Positions 12,575 through 25,092 of a DNA stretch of 64,000 bases are shown here, piece after piece (within the stretch, counting starts at the first letter, position 1; every line of letters starts with the position of its first letter). Location: contig JBPGPT010000030.1 of assembly GCA_051047955.1 (NCBI GenBank), positions 124,001-188,000 on the forward strand. The letters are read 5' to 3'. The notes under the pieces were generated by a model. It made no database searches. It saw only the letters and a program-made list of their open reading frames with translations, and had not been told where the DNA came from. Made by a program: the position numbers and the translations under genes. Origin of the DNA: Cystobasidiomycetes sp. EMM_F5 (lineage: Eukaryota).

Positions 12575-13682
12575 TCACGGCGCGATTTCCCGACCTCTCT
12601 GATTTTTGGCTTCTTCTTTACTTGGCCGCTTGCCGAACAAGCGAGTCCCGATGCTGATAGCAGAATTCGAATGAGCCTTTTATAACGACGGTACGAAAAC
12701 TCCGCCTACCGTATGTTATTGCTGCCCGCCTTGATGGCTGCCAGGAAATCTTCGGACATGCCCATCGATAGTTGAAGGTTTTTCAGCCCAAAGTCTCGCT
12801 GAAGTGCATCCCGAGCGTCCTTCAGGGCTGTAAAATCTGGGTTTTCCTGACCGTCCCTTGCCTGATGGGACGATTGTAAGGCGCCAATCGTCATGAGACC
12901 AAGCAGGTTCAGATGAGGGCAATTTTGAACGACATGACGAGCCACCGCCATCAATGATCCCACCGAACCATCCTCGCCGCCCTTAGATGAGGGCGACAGT
13001 CCCGATTTCGCGTCCTCTCCGGAGGTGTTGACTTGCAAATACACATTCAGCTTGCGATCTGGATCAGCATCTCCAGCAAGAGCTTTCTCGAAGAGGTCTG
13101 CCTTTTTTATAGAATCTAGAGTCTCCACCACGTAGAGGTTTGGTATACCTTAGCGCACAGACAATGTCAGCTAGGCGGCATCGACAGCGATTGCAGTGTG
13201 ATTACCTGCAAGGACCTTGCACTTGTTGCTCTGCAAGCTACCTATGAAATGCCATTTTATGTCTCGCGGCAGCTGTCGACACGAAAGGGACGAAATGTAA
13301 GCCAAGCGCGTAGGCACCGGTCGAAGTTCTCACCTCTTTTGCTTTATCGACGAGCTTTACGAAGAGAATGAGCGGATTGACGATAAAATCAGTATACGAA
13401 CAACGATACCTCTTGAACGTAATTCTCGCCAAAGTGCCTGTCCGCTTCGTCTAGTGCTTCGTACGCTGCCATGACATCGCTGGGAGGCTTCAACTTCGAT
13501 ACGAGAACGAGAACAGGCTTGCCGCTGCCTGACGGACCAGTAACAGTCGCCATTTCTTCTCGGACCTCACGGATATTCTCTGCCATTTCCGCTACGCGCT
13601 CTCGAGAGGGTGCATGACTGGCCATGTTTCGATAGTATGACGGAATTTTGGCAGTGTTGCTTTGGACCACTCGACGAAGCAT
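12575..13682 (-). CDS. PLPBP: Pyridoxal-phosphate homeostasis protein (YggS/PROSC family); alternative start at 13625
   Basis: LVLVSKLKP (PLP lysine), HFGENYVQE, WHFIGSLQSNK, QVNTSGEDAKSG, GLMTIG, LSMGMSEDF, R|IGTRLFG. Confidence 0.93.
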
Positions 13683-13731
13683 ATGATGGGCGGCCAATTG
13701 CGGGACACTGTCAGTACTCTATGACTAGCGG

Positions 13732-15382
13732 ATGCGAGTGCTGGCCCGTCAGTCTGCCTTGATTTGCGACACTCTGTCAGTGTGTCCGGTCGCAGCGAGG
13801 AACCGAAACAGGTGTCGGAACAGCCGATATCGACGACTGGCCACGGCGAACGTCGACGGTGATTCTGGACCGCTCGCTCTGGAGATGGGTCGCAAAAAGG
13901 ACGGCTTCTATGCGAGTGCGTACGCAAACAACGTCAACAATGTCGAGCGATAAATTCACGGCTAACGTAAAATCCGGCAGTCAAGGTTGGTCGTAAGCCA
14001 GGCATTTACAGCACCTGGTAAGAGTCTCTGTAAGTCTGGCAAGCGCCTCTCGCTGACTTTATTATTGTTATTATAATAGGGCGGAGGTTGAAGAGCAAGT
14101 CAAGGGTATGCTATGACACTACTCTGCGTTGGGTCCGCCGGGCTCATCCGAACCCTGTCGTTACAAGGATTCAGCGGCGCAAAGCATCAGAAATTCAGTA
14201 CTAGGTAAGATTACTATCGCATTTCATGTATTAAAAGCTGAACTGACAATGTCGACGATAGAAAAGAAGCGGAAACATGGATACAACAAGATTCAGATAT
14301 TTCCGCAAAGGCAGAAACATCCAGAGCCATGTCTAGAGGCAGCTCGACAACAGCCATCACTTCTTCAAGTCACGCGACTAGTGTCTCCAGTAAGGAAGAT
14401 GTATCGCTATCCGCTAGCGATTTGGCGTTCTTGCAGCAATACCCCGAAGCAATGATTGTGTACGCAGATGGCTCTTGCATCAGTGCGTGCTACTCAGCTT
14501 TCCCGCGCGATCTCCTCTGATCTTCGCCCGAACTCACCGCAGACAACGGGAAAGCCAATGCTAGGGCCGGGTCTGGTGTACATTGGGCTGTACCAGCGGA
14601 TGGGTTGGTCTGTAATGTGAAAGTCGCTATTCGTCTTGACGAAGTGTTGGGACAGTGACTACTCGGAACGCCTGCCAGGAAAGCAGACGAATCAATGCGC
14701 AGAACTGTTCGTGAGTGTACCCAGTCAATCCAAGCCTACTACTCTGACTCACCAACACTCGACAGGCCATCGTCAGGGCTCTACAAACGGATCCAGATCG
14801 GAGCCGCTTTCTCCTGATCAGATCTGACAGCGTTTACACTATAAAATGTCTGGAGGCGTATCCTGTTGCATATGAGAGCGTTGAGGGCTGACATTCTGAC
14901 AGGCATGACGATATGGATTGCTGGCTGGGTGAAGAGAGGCTGGAGGAACTCGAAAAATGAACCTGTCGAGAATAAGGAATTGATAGAGCTGGCGTACCAC
15001 CTGGTCAATGCCCGCAAAGGACCTGTGAAGGTAAGTTTCGTATCTTGACGACGTGTATGCACTGTGTAGCTGAGAGTTGACACAGTTTGAGCACGTAGCA
15101 GCTCACGTCGGCATACCCGGTAACGAAAAGGCGGACGCCTTGGCGCTTGCAGCTTCGAATCTACCTGAAGTTCGGTCTCGTGACTGGGAAGCCGAGTTGG
15201 CGGCCATGAAAGAAATAACCACAACGGGGATTTTCGCGGAAGACACGCTCAATACATCGCTGATGAATGGTCACCGGACGACGGCTGCTGCCAGCGAAGA
15301 TGAGGCAGGCGAGGAGATAGACAGCGAGTGGCTACTCGACAGCGAAGACGAAGCCGCACTGCAGGAGCATCAGAACTTTTGA
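13732..15382 (+). CDS. RNH1: Ribonuclease H1 (hybrid-binding domain plus RNase H domain); main ATG probably 13885
   Basis: FYA|IKVGRKPGIYSTW|AEVEEQVK|GFSGAKHQKF (hybrid-binding domain), VYADGSC, GKQTNQCAEL, SDSVYTI, WVKRGW, HVAAHVGIPGNEKADALA. Confidence 0.93.
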
Positions 15383-15464
15383 CACTGGAATTCGTTAGGT
15401 GTGGAGCAGCTTAGGACTATCACTCGTAGCATACTGTAAACGATGTGACCTTTTGCTTTAAACC

Positions 15465-16726
15465 ATGCAATCCAGTTTAGTGGACAGGCTTGCGTCTATG
15501 CGGATGTCTGGTGTACCTCCTGATAATGGTACTGACGCAGACTTCCCTCGGTCTTTCGAAAGCGCAAGCTCCATCGAGTCGAGCTACACTCGGCGTGGCC
15601 AGACGGAAAGCGAGTCGGACATTAAAGCTGGCATGGCAGCTGCGCGAGATTTGGCTTCTAGACGTCGTAAGGACGTCCATACGCTGAGCAGTAGTCCTCG
15701 AGCTCGTCATTTGTCGCTGTCCGAAAGTAACCCGGTGGATAGTTTCGAAGAGACCGGCGGCAAAACACCGATGCATCACCATGTGTCGGACAACAGTACG
15801 CGGACGCTGATACAGAAGGCGGAGATGAAACAGAGATCTGACGCTGCCTTTCTTTACCAGATGGCCTGGGTTGGCCAGGTAAATAGGCCTCACTAACAAG
15901 GTCTAGAAGAGACAAATACTCATCCACTCTTATCAGGGAAAGGAACGCTAGCCCGGCTGCAATCAACGCCTACGGAATTCAAGACGCGGGAGGAAAAAAT
16001 GTCTGATGCCATTCGAACAATCCTGGAATGTATCGGAGAGGACCCCTCTCGTGACGGCTTGCTAAAAACGCCAGAACGGTACGCCAAGGCGTTGTTATGG
16101 ATGACCAAAGGATACGAAGAGAAGCTTTCTGGCAGGTGCAAATCGCGCTGGCCAAATCATAACGTTGTAACGCTGACATTGGTAATACTACAGAGGTTAT
16201 TGGAGAAGCTGTCTTTGCAGAGGATCACGAAGAAATGGTCATCGTTCGTGACATCGACGTCTTCAGTCTTTGTGAACATCATCTCGTCCCTTTTGTCGGC
16301 AAAGTATGGGTCCGCAATTTTGCGTCCCATGGCTTGACCGCTAACGGATTTTCCTTCTTCAGGTGTCTATCGGCTACATACCGTCACGGCAGGGGCATGT
16401 ACTTGGACTTTCCAAACTCGCACGCATAGCAGAAACGTTTTCTAGGAGATTACAAGTACAAGAACGTCTGACTCGCCAAATTGCACTTGCTGTAGAAGAA
16501 GCAATCAAGCCGATGGGCGTTGCGGTCGTGATGGAAGCAACGTAGGCTTTTCCAATAATACACATGAAACATGGCAGCTGAAATGCTCTTGGCTTTCGTT
16601 AGGCATATGTGCATGACTATGCGTGGTGTGCAGAAGCCAGGTGCCACTACCGTCACCTCGGCAATGCTGGGCGCTTTCCGCAAATCTGAGAAGACGAGAT
16701 CAGAGTTCCTTACGTTGATACGGTAA
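15465..16726 (+). CDS. FOL2: GTP cyclohydrolase I (may end at 16799 via a terminal intron)
   Basis: [64 protein letters not shown]. Confidence 0.96.
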
Positions 16727-16945
16727 GCCGATATGTGAAAGCGTACTCACTTCCTGATCTTGACGTTGTTCGAGCAGAACCCCTTCAATGGTGAGGTAGC
16801 AGGCAGAATAGATGTAGTCAATATGTAGCAGAGCATCAGCATCTCGTTTGAACCCATGTAGCTCAACCTGCAAGTCGGTATAGACAACATCAGTGCTGAC
16901 TGTGTCGCCTACTTTGACCTATCTCCGCACAACCGCTCCTGCCGC

Positions 16946-18452
16946 ATGAATGGCGTTGCAGTGCTTCGGAGCAAGTCATGCACATTCAATGCGAGAAGCC
17001 AGTTGTTCCCACACAAACGGCCGCCGTACAAGGCCGGATGTCGCACGATAACCCACTCAAACAGAATTAGCTTCAGCAAAGCCATTCGAATACTCGGCCT
17101 GGAATCGTCGGCAGATGATACTTGCGCAGCAATAGTCGATTCTGATCGCAACATTCTTGCCAATGTGGTAATAAGACAGCCTGACTTGCTGGGTGAGCTA
17201 TGGTTGTGCAAAGGTGTAGTCGCAAAGAAAAGAAGCTCATCGGGTCAAACAGAGAAGTGGGCAGGGATACATCCTGTGCATACGTCTGTCCGCATCAATA
17301 ATGACATGGTAAGCTTCTCCAGCTTACATTCGATGTGACCGACATTCTCATTTATCCAAAACAGCCGAAAGCAATTCGACAGTGTCTGGACCAAGCAAAT
17401 CTGGACGTTTCGGATGTCGACGCGATAGCGTATACACGCGGTCCTGGAATTCCAACATGTCTAGCGGCATGCGCATTGTCGGCCAAAACCATGTCTGCTG
17501 TTTACCGGAAGCCCCTCATTGGTGTGCATCATATGCAAGCTCACGCTCTGACAGTCGGTCTTACCGAGGATGAGCCGCCCACTTATCCTTACTTGAGCCT
17601 CCTGGTATCTGGCGGGCACACGCTCCTGCTGGAGGTAGGCGGTCCCTTTGACTTTAAAATCCACGCGACAACTCCCGACGAAAGCATTGGGTGAGTGGAT
17701 GATCTGTATTCCACAGGCTATAAGAATGGTATATACTGATTTTCTACTCAGCAACGTCTATGAAAAGGTCGCGCGGCTGTTGGCAGTACCTTTGGCCGGG
17801 TCGACCTCTGGCGGACAAGCTTTGGAGAAAGTGGCAGCGCAATCGACCTCGCCGAGTCTTGCGTTACGTTTTCCAATTGCTATGCATGGACAGCTTTCAT
17901 TCTCATTCTCTGGACTTTTGTCGTCTGTGCGAAAGAAGATCGCCGAGTCTGACATATCTGCCGAAACAGTCAAGCGCGACATTGCGGCTGCATTCCAGCG
18001 CGCAGCGGTTAGCCAGCTCGAGCAGAAGATCACTTTGCTGCTACAAGCGACTCCGGAGGTCAATTACTCCAGCCTCGTAGTCAGCGGTGGTGTTGCATCC
18101 AATCAATTTCTCCGCAACCGGTAAGGCGGTCCCAAGTCAGGCTCGTCGGACGGCGTCTGACGTTGCGCGCCAGGCTTCGACAGTGTCTCGACCGAAATAA
18201 CCGCGCCAGCATGCGATCGCTTTTCCCGCCAGTCGCGCTTTGTACTGGTCAGTCGGCTGATAACTGACTCCATGGGAGAGGACAAACAAAGCTGATTCCG
18301 TGGCCCGGTGTGACTTCATATGGCATTCAGACAACGCAGCCATGATCGCTTGGGCAGCACACGAACGCTACAGTAGGGGCATGTTTGATACATTCGATTC
18401 ACTCTTGCGGCCAAAGTGGAGCATAGAGGATTGTGCGGACGTTGTTGCGTGA
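16946..18452 (+). CDS. QRI7: Mitochondrial tRNA N6-threonylcarbamoyltransferase (Kae1/TsaD family)
   Basis: Basic N-terminal presequence, then ILGLESSADDTCAA, AYTRGPG, GVHHMQAH, LLVSGGHT, FSFSGL, VVSGGVASN, LCT|DNAAMIAW. Confidence 0.92.
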
Positions 18453-18642
18453 CGGCGAAGCACTCAATGACTGCCGGGATGATTCGCGATGTTCTCGTCC
18501 AGTACTCTGCAAGCTCTGAGGGCGCTTGACGCAAGTCTGAAATCAGTCTAGGTCCCCTGTCAAAACGTGACTAGTTTATGCGTCACAAATTTCTGTTGAT
18601 CTTGTTGTAACACGCACTCTGCTTGCTGCTCCATGAAGCAGT

Positions 18643-21600
18643 ATGGGCAACCTGAGGCCGCGCTTCAACAAGGCCAGAGAGGAGCAGCTGCGCCGTCAAA
18701 GAGCTGGCAAGCGCAAGTCTGCAGACACGGCCAGCGAGGACCATGGAGCGGCTGGCAATGCTGAAATAATCGTGCCAAAGACGGCGGAGCAGAAGGAGAG
18801 GGAGCGGCAGATGAGAGCTACGCTGGAGCAGGTAGGCTCAGGCTGTTTATTTTGACGAAGCTGAAGAAGTACGGCTCGCTCGGGTGGTGGCTAATTTGAC
18901 ATGCTCAGAATGCAAAATCCGGGAATATGTCTTCAAGGAAGAGGCGACGTATGGACAATTATGTCAACAAAAAGCTCAAGACGGAACGTCGCGGAGAGTT
19001 GTTCAAGTCTTTGTCGTCAGTTGGATCTATTGGTTTCTGACGATGATGTATACTGAAATGCATCTGCACATTGAAGCGCTTCGCAAGAGACAATGTCTAC
19101 GCCTTTGTTACTGCAACCGTCGTCTACCCTAGGCTCTAAACAATTCAAGACTAATATGGACAAGCTCGACCGCGTCGGTACTTTGACAGACAGGAAGCAT
19201 CAACGAGCTGTCGACGCGCTTGTCGCAAGCAAGAGAGTATACCACTCAGACGGTTCTGATGAGGAGGATGCGAGGCTTGCGGAGGATGATGCTGATTCTT
19301 CCGAGGTTGATGTACCATCGCAAGGCAACAAGGTGCGACCGTCCGCGTCATCTTCGCAACACCCTGAGGGCGTATCATCGCGGGATCGACAGGATGAAAG
19401 TGTATCCGCAAACTTCAACGAGTATAATCAGAGCAAACGTGCCCAATCACCGCCTTCTATTGGCAGCGGACTGAAGCGCGATGAATCTGGACAGCCGATA
19501 TTGCCTACAATCTTTACACGGAAACGGAAGGTCACTGCAAAGGTATGCAATCTCCTTGGTTGTGCCGCAATGGCATCGTAAAATTCACAAACTGTCCTTA
19601 GAGGCGCTTTGGTAAACAGCCGGCGCAACAAACGGAACCTGACTCGGAAGAGAGCTTCTTCGACTCCTCCGACTCGTCTGAGAATGAGACGGGTGATGGG
19701 GACGACGATGTTCTATCTTCTGAAGGATCTGATGATTACGTAGATGACGGCGAGGAGTGGGCAGGGATTAGTGGGGAAAATCCAGATACTTCCCCTGCCG
19801 ACGAGCCCGGAATGGCATTGAAAGTAACACCGTATGATCATTCTGGAGTGCCTATCAATGACCCAGGAGCTGGTGCTGTTAGCGAGAAGAGCAGATTCAA
19901 GGATTGGGCAAATGCGCAACTTGGCCTAACTGTTCGGACAACGCAAGGACATAGTCTAGATTTTGGGGCAACTAGCGTTCAAAAGAGGCCAGTTCAGAGC
20001 GGACCAGTCTACGGACCTTTGGGAGAAGACCTAGCGCTGCCAGAAACCTCGCTATTGGACATAACCGCCACAGCCGGACAACCCTCTAAAGCAGGTGCAG
20101 CCCGAAAAGCAGTCGTACTAGTAGAGAGATCTACCGAACTACAAGAGAGTAGGCTGCAATTGCCTATCCTGGCGGAAGAAGATGCAATTATGGAAGCTAT
20201 CCGTCAGCATAGCGTGGTGGTCTTGTGCGGCGAGACTGGCAGCGGCAAAACAACCCAAGTTCCACAATTCTTATACGAGGCTGGCTTCGGTAATGCAGAT
20301 TCTGACAATCCAGGCATGATTGGAGTGACACAACCCCGACGCGTGGCTGCCATGGCTATGGCGGCTCGCGTTGCCGACGAACTATCACTACCGCCCTCGA
20401 AGGTGTCATATCAGATACGCTACGATGCCACTGTATCTGTTTCTACCTGCCTCAAATTCATGACTGATGGTGTACTGATGCGAGAGCTTGCCAACGACTT
20501 CTTGTTGAACAAGTACAGCGTCATTATCATCGATGAAGCTCATGAGAGGAGCATCAATACCGACGTCCTGATTGGCACTTTGAGCCGGGTCATCAGACTT
20601 CGAGAGGAAATGTGGCGGAAAGGTCAAGACGATGCGAAGCCGCTGCGTCTGGTCATTATGTCTGCTACCCTCCGAGTCTCGGACTTTACGGCGAATCCTA
20701 CTCTCTTCAAAACCCCTCCACCGCTTATCAATGTCGCAGCGCGTCAACATCCTGTTGCTGTACATTTCAACCGCAAAACTCGTCCAGATTATCTCGCAGA
20801 GGCATACAAAAAGGTTTCGAAGATTCACGCTCGGCTTCCTCCTGGAGGGATTTTGGTGTTTCTCACAGGACAGAAGGAGATTGCTACGCTTTGTAGACGC
20901 CTTGGCAAGCGCTTCAGCTCCAGAGCGATACTCGAACGATCGATGAAGCGGAAACGAACAGCCTTTGATACTTCGGGCATAAGCGAAAGTCACGACGACG
21001 AAGTAGATAGCGACAAAGCCACGCTCAAGCTGAGTAATGGTCAAGGTAAGGAGCGCGCTACTCTGCGGGCCTGCAACATGTGAAGAATACCGCTGATGCG
21101 GTTTTCAGCTGACGTCGAAGCTGAAGAAATCGATCTCGGCTACGATCCTGCCGGATTGGCTGACGACGTCGACGGAGTCGAAGCAGTGGAAGATCCCGAA
21201 GCACTTGATTCGGACCTTGAGGACGATGGCATGGGGGATTTTGGTGATATGGAAGAGGACTGTGATGGTATGAATGCTACCCAACTGCCGGATCAGTCCT
21301 CATCGTTATTGACTTTGTCATGAACAGATCCTATGCATATACTGCCGCTATATTCGCTGCTCCCATCTGAGAAACAAATGCTAGTATTCAAACCGCCTCC
21401 AGAGAACCATCGCCTGGTTGTTATCGCGACGAATGTCGCGGAAACATCGCTGACCATACCAAACATCCGTTACGTTGTAGATTGCGGACGCGCCAAGGAG
21501 GTGAGCCAGATGGAAATCTTGACACCTTTCCTACCTGACTACCGAACGGGAATTTTTAGCGCAACTACGATGCATCCAGCGGCATCCAGTCATTCGATAT

Positions 21601-23141
21601 ATCTTGGATATCCAAGGCTTCGGCAGCCCAGCGGGCAGGGCGAGCTGGACGAACGGGTCCAGGACACTGCTACCGCCTGTACTCCTCGGCCGTCTTTGAA
21701 ACGCACTGCCCAGCCTTCTCTTTACCAGAAATCATGAGAATGCCTATCGAAGGCATCGTACTACAGATGAAAGCCATGAATATCGATTCCGTTATCAACT
21801 TCCCATTTCCGACTCCCCCAGATCGCGCAGCTTTACAAGAAGCAGAGCGTGTTTTGGTGAATCTGGGAGCTTTGGCTGTGCAAAACAAAGCTGGAGCGCC
21901 TTCACAACCCCGTATGTCTCGTATCACCGAGCTGGGAGTGGCGATGTCACTGTTCCCTCTATCGCCTCGCTTTTCAAAAATGCTTGTCGTTGGCCAACAA
22001 CATCAGTGCTTGCCATACGTTATCGCGGCTGTGTCTGCCCTCTCTGTTGGAGACCCTTTTCTACGCGAAGATGCTCTCGGCTACAAGGACTCGCAAGAAG
22101 AGGAGACCGATGGCGGCATCGTCGATCGAGTCAATGAGGCAGAGGTCGCAGAACTTGCTTTTCTGCACAACGAGGATCACAAAGCCAAACAAGTGAGGAA
22201 ACTGCAAAGACGCGGTTACTTCCAAGTTCGACAACAGCATGCAGCGCTGGGGAATTGCGCGAGCGACATCTTCCAAATGCTAAGCGTAGTAGGGGCGTAT
22301 GAGTACGAAGGTGCTAGTCCGCAATTTTGCGAACGGAACTTCGTACGGCATAAGGTGAGTTACTGTATAAGGACGGGTTGGATTGTAGTCATGTGTCTAA
22401 ATCCTTCGTCAACAGGCAATGCAAGAGATACATCAACTTCGGCTGCAGATTAGTAAGATCGTGGAGGCCAACTACCCGGGCATTTCTGCTGGCTTTGCAG
22501 CCAAGCTCAAACCCCCAAACGATGTCCAGGTAACGGCGCGTCACCTCAATTACTCTTATCTTCTGTTGACTTGTGTTTACAGCTCAAAGTCCTCAGGCAA
22601 CTATTGATGGCTGCCTTCATCGATCAGGTTGCGATCAGGAAAGATTTAGTGTCGCCCGGCGAGATAGATGGCAGTAGATACACTTCTACCAGAGGTGTCG
22701 CGTACAGAGCTGTGGGTATTGATGAAGACGTCTTCATCCATCCTTCGTCTGTACTATTTCACTCGCCTCCACCGGAGTGTATCGTATATCAAGAGCTCAT
22801 TCGGACGAGTCGGGTCTACGTCAAAGGTGGGATCGGGACTTCGTACGCAAACTTGCGTCTGACTCTGACTTGTGTCCTATGAATCACTAGGCAACACCAA
22901 GGTGAATACTGCGTGGTTACCGAGTCTGGGCAAACCGCTGTGCACCTTTTCCCGAATACTCGAAACGACGGACGATGCTGGCATAGCACAGATGTCTGCG
23001 ACTGTCAAGAAGTTGCACAGCGCTGCATCGGATCAGCGTGAATGCTACGTCGTTCCCAAGTTTGCCGATTTTGACATGCTCAAGCTGGATCCCATCAAAG
23101 CCACTCAGAAACGTGTAGGTAGTCGGTGGGTGTTTGTGTGA
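18643..23141 (+). CDS. ECM16: DEAH-box RNA helicase Dhr1/DHX37 (SSU processome)
   Basis: [82 protein letters not shown]. The N-terminus [12 protein letters not shown] is typical of Dhr1. Confidence 0.94.
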
Positions 23142-23428
23142 GCAGCTCTGGACACAAGCGAAGGTTGGCAGATGGACGTTGGGGTGAGGCCTCACTGCCG
23201 AAGGTAATGATGATTAGGTCATCCATCACTTGGTCGTCCGGGAAGGAACACTGGGGGCAAGAAGTTACACCGCGCAGTGCGCATCATGTTGTTGTCCTGA
23301 TCAAGTCCTACGTAGCCGCATTACAAGCTTACCAGCTGTGAATTTTTAGCTTGTGCCGGTCGGCCTTGCGTTTGCGTCCCTTGGGAGTGTGTCAACCCGC
23401 CAACTGCGTCGACCAAACCAGCCCAACC

Positions 23429-24603
23429 ATGTCGGAAATCAGAAGGAAACTCGTTATCGTAAGTGGGAGCCAGCAATGAACGGGGCACGCCGACTGGGTG
23501 TCGCTGTGTCGCGTTGGAAGTGGTGCCCAACACCGCCATATGGGCAACGGCGCAAACAGCCATTTGGCGCCGTATGGACAGCCTGAACGCATTGCATGGA
23601 ACTGGAGCAGCGTCAGCGCATGCTGCAGACACTCGCGATACCCAAATGCCTTGACGCGCGACACGGCACTCATATTCGCGCTCAAATCCCCGCCGGTTTC
23701 AGACGATGGGCGACGATAAACCCAATAAATCGCAACCAGTCATCCTGCTGCCAGCGAATGCTGACATGCCTTCGTCCATTTGTGTGTATGGCTCACTTCT
23801 AGGTCGGTGACGGTGCTTGCGGCAAGACCTGTCTGCTCATCGTTTTCTCGAAAGGAACCTTCCCCGAGGTTTGTGCAGACGTATTCAAATAGTCACTGAC
23901 GCGCGAGGCTGAAGTTCCAATCGTCATCACAGGTTTACGTTCCTACCGTATTCGAGAACTAGTACGTGCATCTGCTCCGCGTTCATTACTTCCGGCCTGA
24001 CTGGAAGCATCGACACCCTAAACCTTATCGCCGCCATCAATCACTTTGTGCATATCGCGCATCACATTACCTTCAGTGTTGCTGACGTGGAGGTAGACGG
24101 CAAGCGAGTCGAATTGGCCCTATGGGATACCGCTGGCCAGGAAGACTACGATCGACTGCGTCCATTGTCGTATCCCGACTCGCACGTCATCCTCATTTGC
24201 TTTGCCGTCGACTCGCCCGACTCTCTCGACAATGTTCAAGAGAAGTGGATATCCGAGGTCAATCACTTCTGCCCCAACCTTCCCATCATTCTCGTTGGCT
24301 GCAAGAAGGATCTCCGTAACGACCCAAAGACCAGACAGGACTTGCAGAAGAGTGGTCAAGATCCAGTCAGACCCGAGCAGGTAATTTGTCATTGCCTGAG
24401 AAACATCCTCAAATAAAACGCTGACTTACTCCCTTATTACTTCTGCGCTGTAGGGTCTGAAATGCGCAGAGAAGATCGGCGCAGCCAAATACATTGAGTG
24501 CAGTGCAAAGACTGGCGAAGGTGTACGTGACGTTTTCGAGTCAGCCACTCGGGCTGCGCTGTTGACCAAGAAGAAGAAGAGCAACAAGTGCAATGTGCTC
24601 TGA
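23429..24603 (+). CDS. RHO1: Rho GTPase Rho1 (4 introns; first intron 344 nt)
   Basis: [87 protein letters not shown]. Confidence 0.98.
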
Positions 24604-25092
24604 GGACCACGACCTCTCAGCTACGACTTTGGCAACTGGACCTCCGCAGTGCTCGATAAGGATGCAGTATTCGAGGACGGCTGTTTAGTGTCTACACGCT
24701 GGACACGGAGCAGTACTGCGTTGCCGTTGAGGCGTAACGATGCGGTAATTGTGTACAACGGCCTTCACCTTCACCGTCACCCTATGCTCCGTCACTCCGT
24801 CGACTGTCCCAGCAACGCGCCCCCTTTTCCATAACGCCATCTATTGATTCATCTCTGCCAGTCTTGACTTTTGTAAACTTTAGTCTTCGCGTCTGTATTT
24901 GCAAACTGTTTGTCGCGGTCCATACCTCCTAGGTATGCATACCTAACTTCTTCTGCGATGGATACACATACTAGTAATGCTGTCAATACAAGAGCATCAT
25001 TTTCGCATGGCCTGGTGATTGCCGACGTCTTCGGCACAGAAACATAACAACATTATTTCCTCAAAGCTATCGGTGACTCCATTGTCCGATCT

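Noticed and set aside
5500..24603. CDC42 and RHO1 within 18 kb as a local duplication
   Set aside because: Ancient paralogs with different intron positions; the proximity is probably coincidental.
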